A stretch of 64,000 bases of DNA, from the NCBI RefSeq assembly GCF_054482595.1, contig NZ_CM137008.1. One strand, written 5' to 3'. Position 1 is the stretch's first letter. Every line of letters begins with the position of its first letter. The position numbers and the translations under genes were made by a program. The notes beneath the pieces were generated by a model. That model had not been told where the DNA came from. It worked only from the letters and a program-made list of their open reading frames with translations, and ran no database searches. Below are positions 11,668-23,600 of the stretch, one piece after another.

Positions 11668-12022
11668 TTTACATCTCTCCGCGTAATTGCTGTTACGCCT
11701 GAATGACTTCATTACACCTGATACAGTGAGTTGACACCGGGCAAAACGACCTTAAAAGTCCTGTATTTTACCGTGGGCATCACCCCAGAATTCTGAGCTA
11801 AACTGCTCGAGACGGCGCTAATGTACGCCTAAAACTGAAACGAGACAAGAGGCATTTTCTTATTTACTTTTAGTAACTTACAGGTGTCTCATATCGGCGA
11901 CAGTTTAATTTCTGACGGTAATAATTAGATATTCAGCGAAGGAAAAAACCTTAAGAAAAAAGCCATAAAAACCATGAGGTTATTATGGCTTATGTGAGGA
12001 GGTAAAGAGTCAGAGCAGTTTG

Positions 12023-12943
12023 TTAAATGTATAACGACGATTCTCCCACCGGGCGCGTTTTAAAGCGACGGTGGATCCAGAGGTACTGCTCCGGTGCGCG
12101 CATGATTTCTTTCTCGATAATCTTGTTCATATAGGCAGCGGCTTGATTTTCATCTGTCGGGTAGCCTTCCATCTCTGGGGTGATGAACAAACGATATCCG
12201 CTGTAATCCGCTTTTCTTACCATCGTTACGGTCAACATGGCTGCGCCAGAGAGACGGGAGAGAACATAGGTGCCATTGGTTGTGGCGACATTTTCTACCG
12301 CAAAGAACGGCGCGAAGGAGCTGCCTTTACGACCATAATCCTGATCGGGAGCAAACCATACCGCTTCACCTTTCTTCAGTGCACTGACAATGCCGCGCAG
12401 ATTATTTCTGCCGATCATCGCTTTGTTAGAGCGCATGCGACCACGGGTCTGCACCCATTCCATCAGCTGATTATTATGTGGACGATAGGTAGCCATCATT
12501 GGCTGACAAAGTCCCATCACGCGGCCGCCCAGTTCCAGCGACATAAAATGGACGCCGACAACCATTACGCCGCGATTTTGCATTTGTGCGCGTTTAAGGT
12601 TATCCAGCCCTTCAACATCAAACCATTTACGTACGCGACTGTCGGGCCAGAACCACGCCATGCCGGTTTCTACCAGCGCCATGCCGAGTGAACGAAAGTT
12701 TTCGGCAATCATCTTCTCGCGTTCTTCCGCAGAATGCTGCGGGAAGCAAAGTTCCAGGTTTTTACGGGCGATAGATTCACGCCGTTTCAGGAATGGTCGC
12801 GCCATTGCGCCAATACGCGTGCCGAGAAAGCAGAGAACAGGATAAGGAAGCTGTACCCAAAGCCAGAGTACACCAAGCCCAAACCATGTGAGCCAGTAGC
12901 GAGGATGTAGAAACTCGCGGGAAAATTTGCATTGTGGAAACAT
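12023..12943 (-). CDS. lpxP: Lipid A palmitoleoyltransferase (cold-induced late acyltransferase)
   Basis: ORF 12023..13009; recognised LpxP with likely start at MFPQCKFSREF (12943); HtrB/LpxL family. Confidence 0.85.
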   Translation of the reverse strand: MFPQCKFSREFLHPRYWLTWFGLGVLWLWVQLPYPVLCFLGTRIGAMARPFLKRRESIARKNLELCFPQHSAEEREKMIAENFRSLGMALVETGMAWFWPDSRVRKWFDVEGLDNLKRAQMQNRGVMVVGVHFMSLELGGRVMGLCQPMMATYRPHNNQLMEWVQTRGRMRSNKAMIGRNNLRGIVSALKKGEAVWFAPDQDYGRKGSSFAPFFAVENVATTNGTYVLSRLSGAAMLTVTMVRKADYSGYRLFITPEMEGYPTDENQAAAYMNKIIEKEIMRAPEQYLWIHRRFKTRPVGESSLYI

Positions 12944-13295
12944 AGTTACCTTCTGTAGATACGAATTGTTGTATCGCAGAAGATTCCATGTCGACAGCGG
13001 TACACTCAATTGGTTGGGCCATCATGTACGACAATGGTTCCTGTAAAGAGTGTAAAGACTAGTCAGGACATAACCACGAGGAGCATGAATGCGGTGGCTC
13101 TACTTTATCACTGGCTGACTGCTTTCAGCTACTGATTATTAATCGTGCAAAGTAAATATTTTTCCGTACATAACAGTCTTGCATTTAACATACTGTTTTC
13201 ATTGATGCTTAGCAAAAATTGCCAGAGGTTAAGGATTGTCTTACTATTAAAGTGACTGAAGTTACAGGTTTTTTAGCGCGGCAGGAGGTTGAGCT

Positions 13296-13538
13296 ATGAT
13301 TTATTTATGGATGTTTCTCGCCCTGTGTATTGTCTGCGTAAGCGGCTACATCGGTCAGGTACTGAACGTGGTATCGGCGGTCTCTTCTTTCTTCGGCATG
13401 GTGATCCTCGCTGCACTCATTTATTACTTCACCATGTGGTTAACAGGCGGTAATGAACTGGTGACGGGGATATTTATGTTTCTTGCCCCGGCTTGTGGCT
13501 TGATGATTCGCTTTATGGTGGGGTATGGCAGGCGGTAG
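13296..13538 (+). CDS. yfdY: Small inner-membrane protein
   Basis: 80 aa hydrophobic ORF in the K-12 yfdY position. Confidence 0.6.
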   Translation: MIYLWMFLALCIVCVSGYIGQVLNVVSAVSSFFGMVILAALIYYFTMWLTGGNELVTGIFMFLAPACGLMIRFMVGYGRR

Positions 13539-13614
13539 TGGGTCAGGATGGCTCATTTGGGCAGGTGTTCACATCAGCATCAGACATGATTGCTCACCTG
13601 CCATGTGACAGACG

Positions 13615-13890
13615 CTATCGCACAGGATGAATAAGATAACTCGCCTTTGTCGGATAAGTGGGCGTGGTTTCTTCTGTGAGGTTTAATGGTGGCGCATCTT
13701 CTCTCATCTTAAACAAAATCGCCTGTGATGGCTGAAATTTTGTAGAGTGAGTTGTCGTCATCGCTGACGTTTTTTCCGTCTCTTTATAGCTCGCCTCACT
13801 ACCACCACCAGAAATAGAAAATGCAAAAACATTGCATGCCATAATAGAGACCAATAAAAATAAGCTAAAAAGCATTAAGTTTACTTTCAT
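13615..13890 (-). CDS. ypdI: Putative lipoprotein
   Basis: 91 aa ORF with signal peptide and lipobox-like (SIMAC) motif; AT-rich; synteny. Confidence 0.55.
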   Translation of the reverse strand: MKVNLMLFSLFLLVSIMACNVFAFSISGGGSEASYKETEKTSAMTTTHSTKFQPSQAILFKMREDAPPLNLTEETTPTYPTKASYLIHPVR

Positions 13891-14042
13891 AGAAAGTTAT
13901 CCTGAAAATGGTTCACTGAAAACCTACGACGTTATGGCTGTATTTACATATAATTAATCAGTATTTACATCGATATAATAAATGACATCTCTTTGTGGTA
14001 TATAAGAATAGTTCTCTGTGACAGGAAGCAGATTCCTACAAC

Positions 14043-14060
14043 TGTAAGATTAAAATACTT
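14043..14060. promoter_or_regulatory. Candidate EvgA box upstream of yfdX
   Basis: TTCCTACA-AC-TGTAAGAT, a near-perfect match to the EvgA inverted-repeat consensus TTCYTACA-N2-TGTARGAA, about 125 bp upstream of the yfdX start. Confidence 0.55.
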
Positions 14061-14185
14061 CTTGCGATAATAACTACAAGTGTAAGATAACCCTTTCAAA
14101 ATGACCGTTGCTCTCTGATTTCTCATTTCATGCTCACCCAATATGATGGCGGCGTTTTCTAAAACTGTTAAAGAATGAGGTAAGT

Positions 14186-14818
14186 ATGAAACGTTTAATT
14201 ATGGCTACGATGGTCACAGCTATTCTGGCATCTTCAACTGTATGGGCTGCTGATAATGCACCGGTAGCGGCACAACAGCAAACTCAGCAAGTTCAGCAAA
14301 CCCAGAAAACGGCAGCAGCAGAGCGTATCTCTGAACAAGGTTTATATGCGATGCGTGACGTGCAGGTAGCGCGCCTGGCTCTGTTTCATGGCGATCCGGA
14401 AAAGGCAAAAGAACTGACCAATGAAGCTTCCGCTTTGTTGTCAGATGACAGTACCGAATGGGCAAAGTTCGCTAAGCCAGGTAAAAAGACCAATCTCAAT
14501 GATGACCAATATATTGTCATTAATGCATCTGTCGGAATTTCTGAGAGTTATGTAGCGACACCCGAAAAAGAAGCCGCGATAAAAATTGCCAATGAAAAAA
14601 TGGCGAAAGGGGATAAAAAGGGCGCAATGGAAGAGCTTCGCCTGGCCGGTGTTGGTGTAATGGAAAACCAATATCTGATGCCGCTTAAACAGACTCGTAA
14701 TGCACTTGCTGATGCGCAGAAACTGCTTGATAAAAAGCAATACTACGAGGCAAACCTGGCGCTTAAAGGTGCGGAAGATGGAATCATCGTCGATAGCGAA
14801 GCACTGTTTGTGAACTAA
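14186..14818 (+). CDS. yfdX: Periplasmic protein YfdX
   Basis: 210 aa ORF with signal peptide; recognised YfdX; synteny. Confidence 0.8.
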   Translation: MKRLIMATMVTAILASSTVWAADNAPVAAQQQTQQVQQTQKTAAAERISEQGLYAMRDVQVARLALFHGDPEKAKELTNEASALLSDDSTEWAKFAKPGKKTNLNDDQYIVINASVGISESYVATPEKEAAIKIANEKMAKGDKKGAMEELRLAGVGVMENQYLMPLKQTRNALADAQKLLDKKQYYEANLALKGAEDGIIVDSEALFVN

Positions 14819-15061
14819 TGCTGACTGGCAGTATATTGAGGTAAAGGATTTAACTCCCTCCAGACGACAATTTTTTATGACCACAATACGACAGGTTGTG
14901 GTCATAAAATTATTTGGCGCTCGCTGTTCTATAAACTCGCATTTTATATTCCTCAAAGTAAACCGCAATAATCCCGTGTCATCACAAATCATTTAATATG
15001 TTATATTTTATGGTACGCTTTAAAAAGCGTAATCATACCCTTACTTGTAAATCACCGGCGC

Positions 15062-15079
15062 TTCTTACAGTTGTAAGAA
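15062..15079. promoter_or_regulatory. Candidate EvgA box upstream of frc-oxc-yfdV-yfdE
   Basis: TTCTTACA-GT-TGTAAGAA, an 18/18 match to the EvgA inverted-repeat consensus, about 250 bp upstream of frc. Confidence 0.6.
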
Positions 15080-15329
15080 TAACATCACAAATGTCGCGAC
15101 TCTCTCTGATTACCACGAACCAATATTTATCATATTCTTCTTTTCGTCCTCACTACTTACCATGCAGAAAGGAATTGGAAGTAGCGATGAAATGATTTTC
15201 AGCACTTGATACAGGAATGTAAAAATATCGAGTGCAGCTACGACGATATTTTGCGGATTATTTATAGAGGCGTTATGCCTTAAATAAACGCTAAATTAAC
15301 ACATATTTAATTAACTAATAGGTATTGCT

Positions 15330-16580
15330 ATGTCAACTCCACTTCAAGGAATTAAAGTTCTCGATTTCACCGGTGTGCAATCTGGCCCATCTTGTACTCA
15401 AATGCTGGCCTGGTTTGGCGCTGACGTTATTAAAATTGAACGTCCCGGCGTTGGTGACGTAACGCGTCACCAGCTGCGAGATATTCCTGATATCGATGCG
15501 CTTTACTTCACCATGCTTAACAGTAACAAACGTTCTATTGAGTTAAATACCAAAACAGCGGAAGGCAAAGAGGTAATGGAAAAGCTGATCCGCGAAGCTG
15601 ATATCTTAGTCGAGAACTTTCATCCAGGGGCCATTGATCACATGGGTTTCACCTGGGAGCATATTCAAGAAATCAATCCACGTCTGATTTTTGGTTCGAT
15701 CAAAGGGTTTGATGAGTGTTCGCCTTATGTGAATGTAAAAGCCTATGAAAACGTTGCTCAGGCAGCGGGTGGCGCGGCATCCACTACGGGTTTTTGGGAC
15801 GGTCCGCCGCTGGTAAGCGCTGCAGCGTTGGGTGACAGCAACACCGGAATGCATTTACTGATCGGTTTACTTGCTGCTTTGCTGCATCGCGAAAAAACGG
15901 GGCGTGGGCAACGAGTCACCATGTCAATGCAGGATGCCGTATTGAACCTTTGCCGCGTGAAATTACGCGACCAGCAGCGTCTCGATAAATTGGGTTATCT
16001 GGAAGAATACCCGCAGTATCCGAATGGCACATTTGGTGATGCAGTTCCCCGCGGAGGTAATGCGGGTGGTGGCGGTCAGCCTGGCTGGATCCTGAAATGT
16101 AAAGGTTGGGAAACCGATCCTAACGCCTATATTTATTTCACTATTCAGGAGCAAAACTGGGAAAACACCTGCAAAGCCATCGGCAAACCAGATTGGATTA
16201 CCGATCCGGCATACAGTACAGCCCATGCCCGACAGCCACATATTTTCGATATTTTTGCTGAAATCGAAAAATACACTGTCACTATTGATAAACATGAAGC
16301 GGTGGCCTATTTGACTCAATTTGATATTCCTTGTGCACCGGTTTTAAGTATGAAAGAAATTTCACTTGATCCCTCTTTGCGCCAAAGTGGCAGTGTTGTC
16401 GAAGTGGAACAACCGTTGCGTGGAAAATATCTGACAGTTGGTTGTCCAATGAAATTCTCTGCCTTTACGCCAGATATTAAAGCTGCGCCGCTATTAGGTG
16501 AACATACCGCTGCTGTATTGCAGGAGCTGGGTTATAGCGACGATGAAATTGCTGCAATGAAGCAAAACCACGCCATCTGA
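15330..16580 (+). CDS. frc: Formyl-CoA:oxalate CoA-transferase
   Basis: 416 aa ORF, CoA-transferase family III; recognised Frc (YfdW). Confidence 0.9.
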   Translation: MSTPLQGIKVLDFTGVQSGPSCTQMLAWFGADVIKIERPGVGDVTRHQLRDIPDIDALYFTMLNSNKRSIELNTKTAEGKEVMEKLIREADILVENFHPGAIDHMGFTWEHIQEINPRLIFGSIKGFDECSPYVNVKAYENVAQAAGGAASTTGFWDGPPLVSAAALGDSNTGMHLLIGLLAALLHREKTGRGQRVTMSMQDAVLNLCRVKLRDQQRLDKLGYLEEYPQYPNGTFGDAVPRGGNAGGGGQPGWILKCKGWETDPNAYIYFTIQEQNWENTCKAIGKPDWITDPAYSTAHARQPHIFDIFAEIEKYTVTIDKHEAVAYLTQFDIPCAPVLSMKEISLDPSLRQSGSVVEVEQPLRGKYLTVGCPMKFSAFTPDIKAAPLLGEHTAAVLQELGYSDDEIAAMKQNHAI

Positions 16581-16633
16581 TATTAACGGGGGCTTCTGGC
16601 TCCCAATTTATAAAAATTTCGAGGTTATTAATC

Positions 16634-18328
16634 ATGTCAGATCAACTTCAAATGACAGATGGTATGCATATCATCGTTGAAGCATTAAAACAGAATAATA
16701 TTGACACTATTTATGGTGTTGTAGGTATTCCTGTGACGGATATGGCGCGCCATGCCCAGGCGGAAGGCATTCGTTATATTGGTTTTCGTCATGAGCAGTC
16801 GGCAGGCTATGCCGCTGCGGCAAGCGGTTTTCTTACCCAAAAACCAGGGATCTGCCTGACAGTGTCTGCGCCAGGATTCCTCAATGGTTTGACCGCATTG
16901 GCCAACGCAACGGTAAATGGTTTTCCGATGATCATGATTAGCGGCTCCAGCGACCGCGCGATCGTCGACCTACAGCAAGGTGATTATGAAGAGCTGGACC
17001 AAATGAATGCGGCAAAACCGTATGCCAAAGCAGCATTTCGCGTTAATCAGCCGCAGGATCTTGGCATTGCATTGGCACGCGCTATCCGGGTCTCAGTATC
17101 GGGTCGCCCTGGCGGAGTTTATCTTGATTTGCCAGCAAATGTCCTGGCCGCGACGATGGAAAAAGACGAAGCGTTAACCACGATTGTAAAAGTTGAAAAT
17201 CCGTCGCCAGCATTATTGCCATGCCCGAAGTCAGTCACTAGCGCAATTTCGCTTTTAGCAAAAGCTGAACGGCCATTAATTATCCTTGGCAAAGGCGCGG
17301 CGTATTCACAAGCTGACGAACAGCTTCGTGAATTTATTGAAAGTGCCCAGATTCCATTCCTGCCAATGTCTATGGCGAAAGGGATCCTCGAAGATACGCA
17401 TCCACTTTCTGCGGCAGCTGCGCGTTCGTTTGCCCTGGCAAATGCTGACGTTGTCATGCTTGTTGGTGCACGACTGAATTGGTTACTGGCACACGGTAAA
17501 AAAGGATGGGCGGCAGATACACAGTTTATTCAACTGGATATTGAACCGCAGGAAATTGACAGCAACCGCCCCATTGCTGTGCCAGTCGTTGGCGATATTG
17601 CATCCAGTATGCAAGGTATGCTGGCAGAACTGAAACAAAACACATTTACGACTCCACTGGTATGGCGCGATATTTTAAATATCCACAAGCAGCAAAATGC
17701 ACAAAAAATGCATGAAAAATTGAGTACAGATACCCAACCATTAAATTACTTTAATGCATTGAGTGCTGTGCGCGATGTATTGCGTGAGAACCAGGATATT
17801 TATTTAGTTAATGAAGGGGCAAATACCCTGGATAATGCACGAAATATTATTGATATGTATAAACCACGTCGTCGTCTGGATTGTGGCACCTGGGGTGTCA
17901 TGGGCATCGGTATGGGCTATGCCATCGGTGCTAGCGTGACTTCTGGTTCTCCGGTTGTCGCCATTGAAGGTGATAGTGCTTTTGGTTTCAGTGGGATGGA
18001 AATTGAAACGATTTGTCGATATAACCTGCCGGTGACAATCGTTATTTTTAATAATGGCGGCATCTACAGAGGAGACGGTGTTGATCTCAGTGGCGCTGGT
18101 GCACCATCACCAACGGATCTGTTGCACCATGCAAGGTATGACAAATTAATGGATGCGTTTCGTGGCGTTGGCTATAACGTCACCACGACAGATGAACTTC
18201 GTCATGCTTTAACCACCGGTATTCAGTCGCGCAAACCGACCATTATTAACGTGGTCATCGACCCTGCAGCAGGAACTGAAAGTGGCCATATTACCAAACT
18301 GAACCCAAAACAAGTCGCTGGTAATTAA
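16634..18328 (+). CDS. oxc: Oxalyl-CoA decarboxylase (ThDP-dependent)
   Basis: 564 aa ORF with thiamine-diphosphate binding motif (GDSAFGFSGMEIETI...NNGG). Confidence 0.9.
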   Translation: MSDQLQMTDGMHIIVEALKQNNIDTIYGVVGIPVTDMARHAQAEGIRYIGFRHEQSAGYAAAASGFLTQKPGICLTVSAPGFLNGLTALANATVNGFPMIMISGSSDRAIVDLQQGDYEELDQMNAAKPYAKAAFRVNQPQDLGIALARAIRVSVSGRPGGVYLDLPANVLAATMEKDEALTTIVKVENPSPALLPCPKSVTSAISLLAKAERPLIILGKGAAYSQADEQLREFIESAQIPFLPMSMAKGILEDTHPLSAAAARSFALANADVVMLVGARLNWLLAHGKKGWAADTQFIQLDIEPQEIDSNRPIAVPVVGDIASSMQGMLAELKQNTFTTPLVWRDILNIHKQQNAQKMHEKLSTDTQPLNYFNALSAVRDVLRENQDIYLVNEGANTLDNARNIIDMYKPRRRLDCGTWGVMGIGMGYAIGASVTSGSPVVAIEGDSAFGFSGMEIETICRYNLPVTIVIFNNGGIYRGDGVDLSGAGAPSPTDLLHHARYDKLMDAFRGVGYNVTTTDELRHALTTGIQSRKPTIINVVIDPAAGTESGHITKLNPKQVAGN

Positions 18329-18397
18329 ATACTGACATCGTCTCCTCTTGCCAACTCATTATGCGATGGTGAGGGGACCCTTATCGGAAATACTATT

Positions 18398-19342
18398 ATG
18401 CTAACATTTTTTATTGGCGATTTATTGCCTATTATCGTAATCATGCTGTTGGGTTATTTTAGCGGCAGACGAGAAACATTTTCAGAAGATCAAGCTCGGG
18501 CATTTAATAAACTGGTATTAAACTACGCGCTTCCTGCGGCTCTATTTGTATCTATTACCCGGGCAAACAGGGAAATGATTTTTGCGGACACTCGTCTGAC
18601 CCTTGTATCACTTGTGGTTATTGTCGGATGTTTCTTTTTCTCCTGGTTCGGTTGCTACAAATTTTTTAAACGTACTCATGCAGAAGCAGCTGTATGTGCA
18701 TTAATTGCAGGTTCACCTACTATTGGATTCCTGGGATTTGCAGTTCTCGATCCTATTTATGGTGATTCCGTATCAACAGGTTTAGTGGTAGCAATTATTT
18801 CTATTATTGTTAACGCAATTACTATTCCTATTGGTCTGTATTTGCTGAATCCTTCCTCAGGAGCGGATGGTAAGAAGAATAGTAATCTGAGCGCATTAAT
18901 TTCTGCGGCAAAGGAGCCTGTAGTATGGGCACCTGTTCTGGCAACGATCCTGGTGCTGGTTGGGGTAAAAATTCCGGCAGCATGGGACCCAACCTTTAAT
19001 CTGATTGCGAAGGCTAACTCAGGGGTAGCGGTATTCGCTGCGGGGTTGACTCTGGCTGCACATAAATTCGAGTTCAGTGCCGAAATTGCTTATAACACCT
19101 TCCTGAAGCTGATTCTGATGCCACTGGCGCTGCTTCTTGTTGGTATGGCATGTCATCTGAACAGCGAACATCTGCAGATGATGGTACTGGCAGGCGCATT
19201 ACCGCCGGCATTCTCCGGAATCATTATTGCCAGCCGGTTTAATGTCTACACCCGCACTGGTACAGCGTCATTGGCTGTGAGCGTACTGGGTTTTGTCGTC
19301 ACGGCTCCCTTGTGGATTTATGTCAGTCGACTGGTTTCATAA
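18398..19342 (+). CDS. yfdV: Putative transporter (AEC family)
   Basis: 314 aa polytopic membrane ORF; synteny with the oxalate module. Confidence 0.8.
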
Positions 19343-19415
19343 TTAATCATGTTATTGATTTTACATAAATGCCGAAGTGTCTTTTCACCTTCGGCTTTTT
19401 TCAAGGCATAAGCAA

Positions 19416-20561
19416 ATGACAAATAATGAAAGCAAAGGGCCGTTTGAAGGCTTATTAGTTATCGATATGACACATGTCCTTAATGGACCTTTCGGAACTC
19501 AACTTCTTTGTAATATGGGCGCAAGGGTAATTAAAGTTGAGCCACCAGGTCATGGTGATGATACCCGCACATTTGGTCCCTATGTGGATGGACAGTCACT
19601 CTATTACAGTTTTATTAATCATGGTAAAGAGAGTGTGGTTCTTGATTTAAAGAATGATCACGATAAAAGTATATTTATAAATATGCTTAAACAAGCTGAT
19701 GTATTAGCTGAGAATTTTCGCCCAGGTACAATGGAAAAACTGGGGTTTTCATGGGAAAGGTTACAAGAAATCAACCCGCGCCTCATATATGCTTCATCGT
19801 CAGGTTTCGGACATACCGGTCCGCTAAAAGATGCTCCTGCCTACGATACCATCATTCAGGCAATGAGCGGGATAATGATGGAAACAGGGTACCCTGATGC
19901 TCCGCCAGTGCGTGTTGGTACCTCTCTTGCGGATCTATGCGGCGGTGTTTATTTATTCAGCGGAATAGTGAGTGCACTTTATGGCCGCGAAAAGAGCCAA
20001 AGAGGGGCGCATGTCGATATAGCGATGTTTGATGCCACGCTGAGTTTTCTGGAGCATGGTCTGATGGCATATATTGCGACAGGGAAGTCACCACAACGCC
20101 TGGGAAATCGCCATCCCTACATGGCACCTTTTGATGTTTTCGATACTCAGGATAAGCCGATTACGATTTGTTGTGGTAATGACAAGCTTTTTTCTGCGTT
20201 ATGCCAGGCACTGGAGCTTACGGAACTGGTTAATGATCCCAGATTTAGCAGCAATATTTTACGCGTACAAAACCAGGCTATTCTTAAACAATATATTGAG
20301 CGGACGTTAAAAACGCAGGCAGCTGAAGTTTGGTTAGCCAAAATACATGAAGTCGGTGTGCCCGTCGCGCCGTTATTAAGTGTGGCTGAGGCCATTAATT
20401 TGCCACAAACTCAGGCGAGAAATATGTTGATTGAAGCCGGGGGAATAATGATGCCGGGTAATCCGATAAAAATCAGTGGCTGCGCGGACCCGCATGTTAT
20501 GCCGGGAGCGGCAACGCTCGACCAGCATGGGGAGCAAATTCGCCAGGAGTTCTCATCATAA
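19416..20561 (+). CDS. yfdE: Acetyl-CoA:oxalate CoA-transferase (CoA-transferase family III)
   Basis: ORF 19377..20561; paralogous to Frc; likely start at MTNNESKGPFEGL (19416). Confidence 0.8.
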   Translation: MTNNESKGPFEGLLVIDMTHVLNGPFGTQLLCNMGARVIKVEPPGHGDDTRTFGPYVDGQSLYYSFINHGKESVVLDLKNDHDKSIFINMLKQADVLAENFRPGTMEKLGFSWERLQEINPRLIYASSSGFGHTGPLKDAPAYDTIIQAMSGIMMETGYPDAPPVRVGTSLADLCGGVYLFSGIVSALYGREKSQRGAHVDIAMFDATLSFLEHGLMAYIATGKSPQRLGNRHPYMAPFDVFDTQDKPITICCGNDKLFSALCQALELTELVNDPRFSSNILRVQNQAILKQYIERTLKTQAAEVWLAKIHEVGVPVAPLLSVAEAINLPQTQARNMLIEAGGIMMPGNPIKISGCADPHVMPGAATLDQHGEQIRQEFSS

Positions 20562-20583
20562 ATGTAAGATGTGCTGGTAAATA

Positions 20584-20610
20584 GCTCCCACATTTGAACA
20601 TTGTGGGAGC
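20584..20610. terminator. Hairpin between convergent yfdE and evgS
   Basis: gctcccaca-tttgaaca-ttgtgggagc inverted repeat in the 55 bp convergent gap. Confidence 0.5.
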
Positions 20611-20616
20611 CGCTAT

Positions 20617-23600
20617 TTAGTCATTTTGCTGACAGAAAACAGCAATCTCCTGGTCCAGCTCTGCAATGTGTTCTTTTACAGAGTTCAGCAACTGAAGAAT
20701 TTCAGGCTTACTGTCATCTGAAACAGGTGTTATTTCTAACTGATGGCTAATATTAATCAACTTTTGCAAATTCAGGATGTTAGCCGCACCGTGGATGCGA
20801 TGAATACATTGATGGAAAGTTCTGTTATCGCCAGCTTCTAGTGCATGAAACGCAGCGGGTAGATCTTTATGCGTTTCATGCTGGAAAGTCATGAGAATCT
20901 CCTGCATCAGTTGTAGATCGTTCGCCGTATTATTTTTCAGGGCTTCGATATCAAGGTGGCGATACTGAGGTGCAATATGCGCAACCTGGTGTAACTGACT
21001 TAAATGTGTTTTCAGTACATCCAGGGTCAACGGTTTGAACAAACATAAGTTCATGCCGCAATTTAACCCTTTTTCACGTTCGTTAGCCTGTGCGTTGGCT
21101 GTAAGCCCCCAGATGGGTAAGGAAGAATTTTGCTCACGGAGTTTGCGAGTCAACTCAAAACCATCCATATTCGGCATATTAACGTCAGTAATAAGCAGAT
21201 CATAATGTTGCATACTGACTTTGTGTAGCGCTTGCACACCATCAGTGGCTTCATCAACATCATATCCTAATAGATTTAGCTGGCGTTTGAGTAATAGCCT
21301 GTTGGTCGGATGATCATCCGCGATTAATATGCTCAACTTTTCAGGTAGTGTGATGGGTTGTTCTGCTTTTGCCTCGACAGTCGCCACTTGTTGGATAATT
21401 TCTACCGGGATTGTGATCGTAAATGTTGTTCCTATGCCTGGATGACTTTCTAATGACAAATCACCCTGCATGTTTTTAATTAATTCTTTGCAGATCATTA
21501 AGCCTAAACCAGAACCTGTTTGCTGACGACCTGCACTTGTTTGGCTATAGCGTTTAAACAGTTGTTGTTGTTCTTCCTGCGATAATCCACTTCCAGAATC
21601 CATAATCGTCATTTTGATTACAGCGTGGTTGTCATCAATGTGAACCAGGGAGGTCGTAATTTTTACTGCCCCCTCGGTGGTAAATTTGAGAGCATTACTC
21701 AGTAAATTTGATAAGACCTGCTTAAACGCCTGAGGGTCGATCTTAACCAGGTAATGTTCAGGAAACGTACTGCTGCAACTTAATGCGATCGATTTGCTTG
21801 CAGCAATCGCACCGAAAGAGTGACAAGTGTTCTGGACTAAAGTAGGGATATCGACCCATTGTGGTTGAAGTTGATAGTTACCCGATTCAATTTTGTCGAC
21901 ATCAAGGATTTCACCAATTAAGCCGAGGAGTGATTGTCCGGTGGCGTAGGCAAGTGAAATCGCCTCCACCCGTTGCTCCTTGCTAAGACCAGAACCCGAC
22001 AGAAGTTCCAGGAAGCCCATAATGGAGCTTATTGGTGTTCTTATTTCGTGACTCATTGTTGCCAGAAACTGACTTTTTGCGACAGTTGCATTGATCGCTT
22101 TATTTCTCTCTACTTCGAGTGCATGAATTAAATCACGCGTCTCGGTAATATCTTGCCAACCACAAATATAAACAGCATGATCGCTGGCTGGCAGATTGCA
22201 TAATGTATGCCAGTGATTAATGCATCTTTTCTCGATGCCATTATCAATTTCAAATACCTGTGTGTATATTGTTCGATTTTCTTTCGTTTCTGCTGTGACT
22301 TCATGCGCATTAGAAAAAACATCTTTAAAGGGTGATTCACTGTTTTCTAATGGCAACATTGCATTTTTGTAGTAATCAGCAGTGAAATAATGTTCAAATG
22401 CACTATTGTGACTAATGACATTACCTTGCCAGTTTACAACATAAGTTGGATTCGGTAAGGAGTCCGAGAGCGCTTTCCGGAATGATATTTGGTTTTCTAA
22501 ATCACCCTGAATGACTTTACGACGACGAACTGAGCGTAACAGGTAGAATCCCCATAAAAGGCTACTGCCAACTAATAAAACGGATAATGTCGTAACAATA
22601 TAAAATTGCTCGCTATAGAGGTCCCATGTGTCAATGGTCACATTGGGCATTTTAATCCATTTTTCGGTCAGGCGCAGAACTTCGCTTGGGGGGATTGCAT
22701 TCAGTGCTTTATTAATAATATCCTTAAGTTCCGGTTCTCCGCGAGGAAAAGCGAACGAAAGCGATGCATTCGGAACGCCGGGAATAAGAAAATGATACAG
22801 TTCATTAGGATAGTAATGGTCGATCATGTAACGCGAATTTAACTGTGTCGCGACCAGAGCATCAAGTTCGCCTTCCTTGACCTTGTGAAATGCAGCGCTG
22901 GCGTTATCGACTTTTATCCACTCTACCTCCGGATACATCTCTTTTAATTGCGAATGAAGCTCATAATAATATGGAATGGCAACTTTCATTCCTTTTTTTA
23001 ATGTTTGTTCACTGTCAGGCGCTTTTTGCATGACAAAAACGTAAGGCGTTGTTATGAAGGCTTCAGCAAATAAAACATTATTTTCTCTATCTTCACTATA
23101 AATAGCACCGGGTAATATATCCCATCCGCCGGGATTCAGCTGTGTTCCAGCATGGATATTGTGTGAAACGGTGATCGGAGAAAAATTTAAACCTGTTTGC
23201 AAAGTAATAATATTAAGAATATCCCCCATAACGCCCCGAACCGAGCCATTTTCATCCGTCATAGAATAGGGAGGGGAGTAAGGATTTTCCAGCACCTTTA
23301 AATCGGGATGCTGCTTAATCCATTGTTTTTCATGTTCAGTGAGTTCTAATGGTTTGTTCAGAAAGGCCAGGTTTCCTGTATCAAGCCAATTTTGTGATAC
23401 TTCATAGCGAACTTCATTTGTCAAAGCATCAACAAATCGATTGAGTACTTCATTAAGAACGACAGATTCTTTTCTGGTCAAGAAAAAATTATATTGACGC
23501 GGTGAGTTATAATATTTCACTACATTTAAGGAGTGAGTGAAATAGCGGGAAATCATACTGCTGGTAATGATGTTACTACCAATAAAGTAATCATTCTGTC

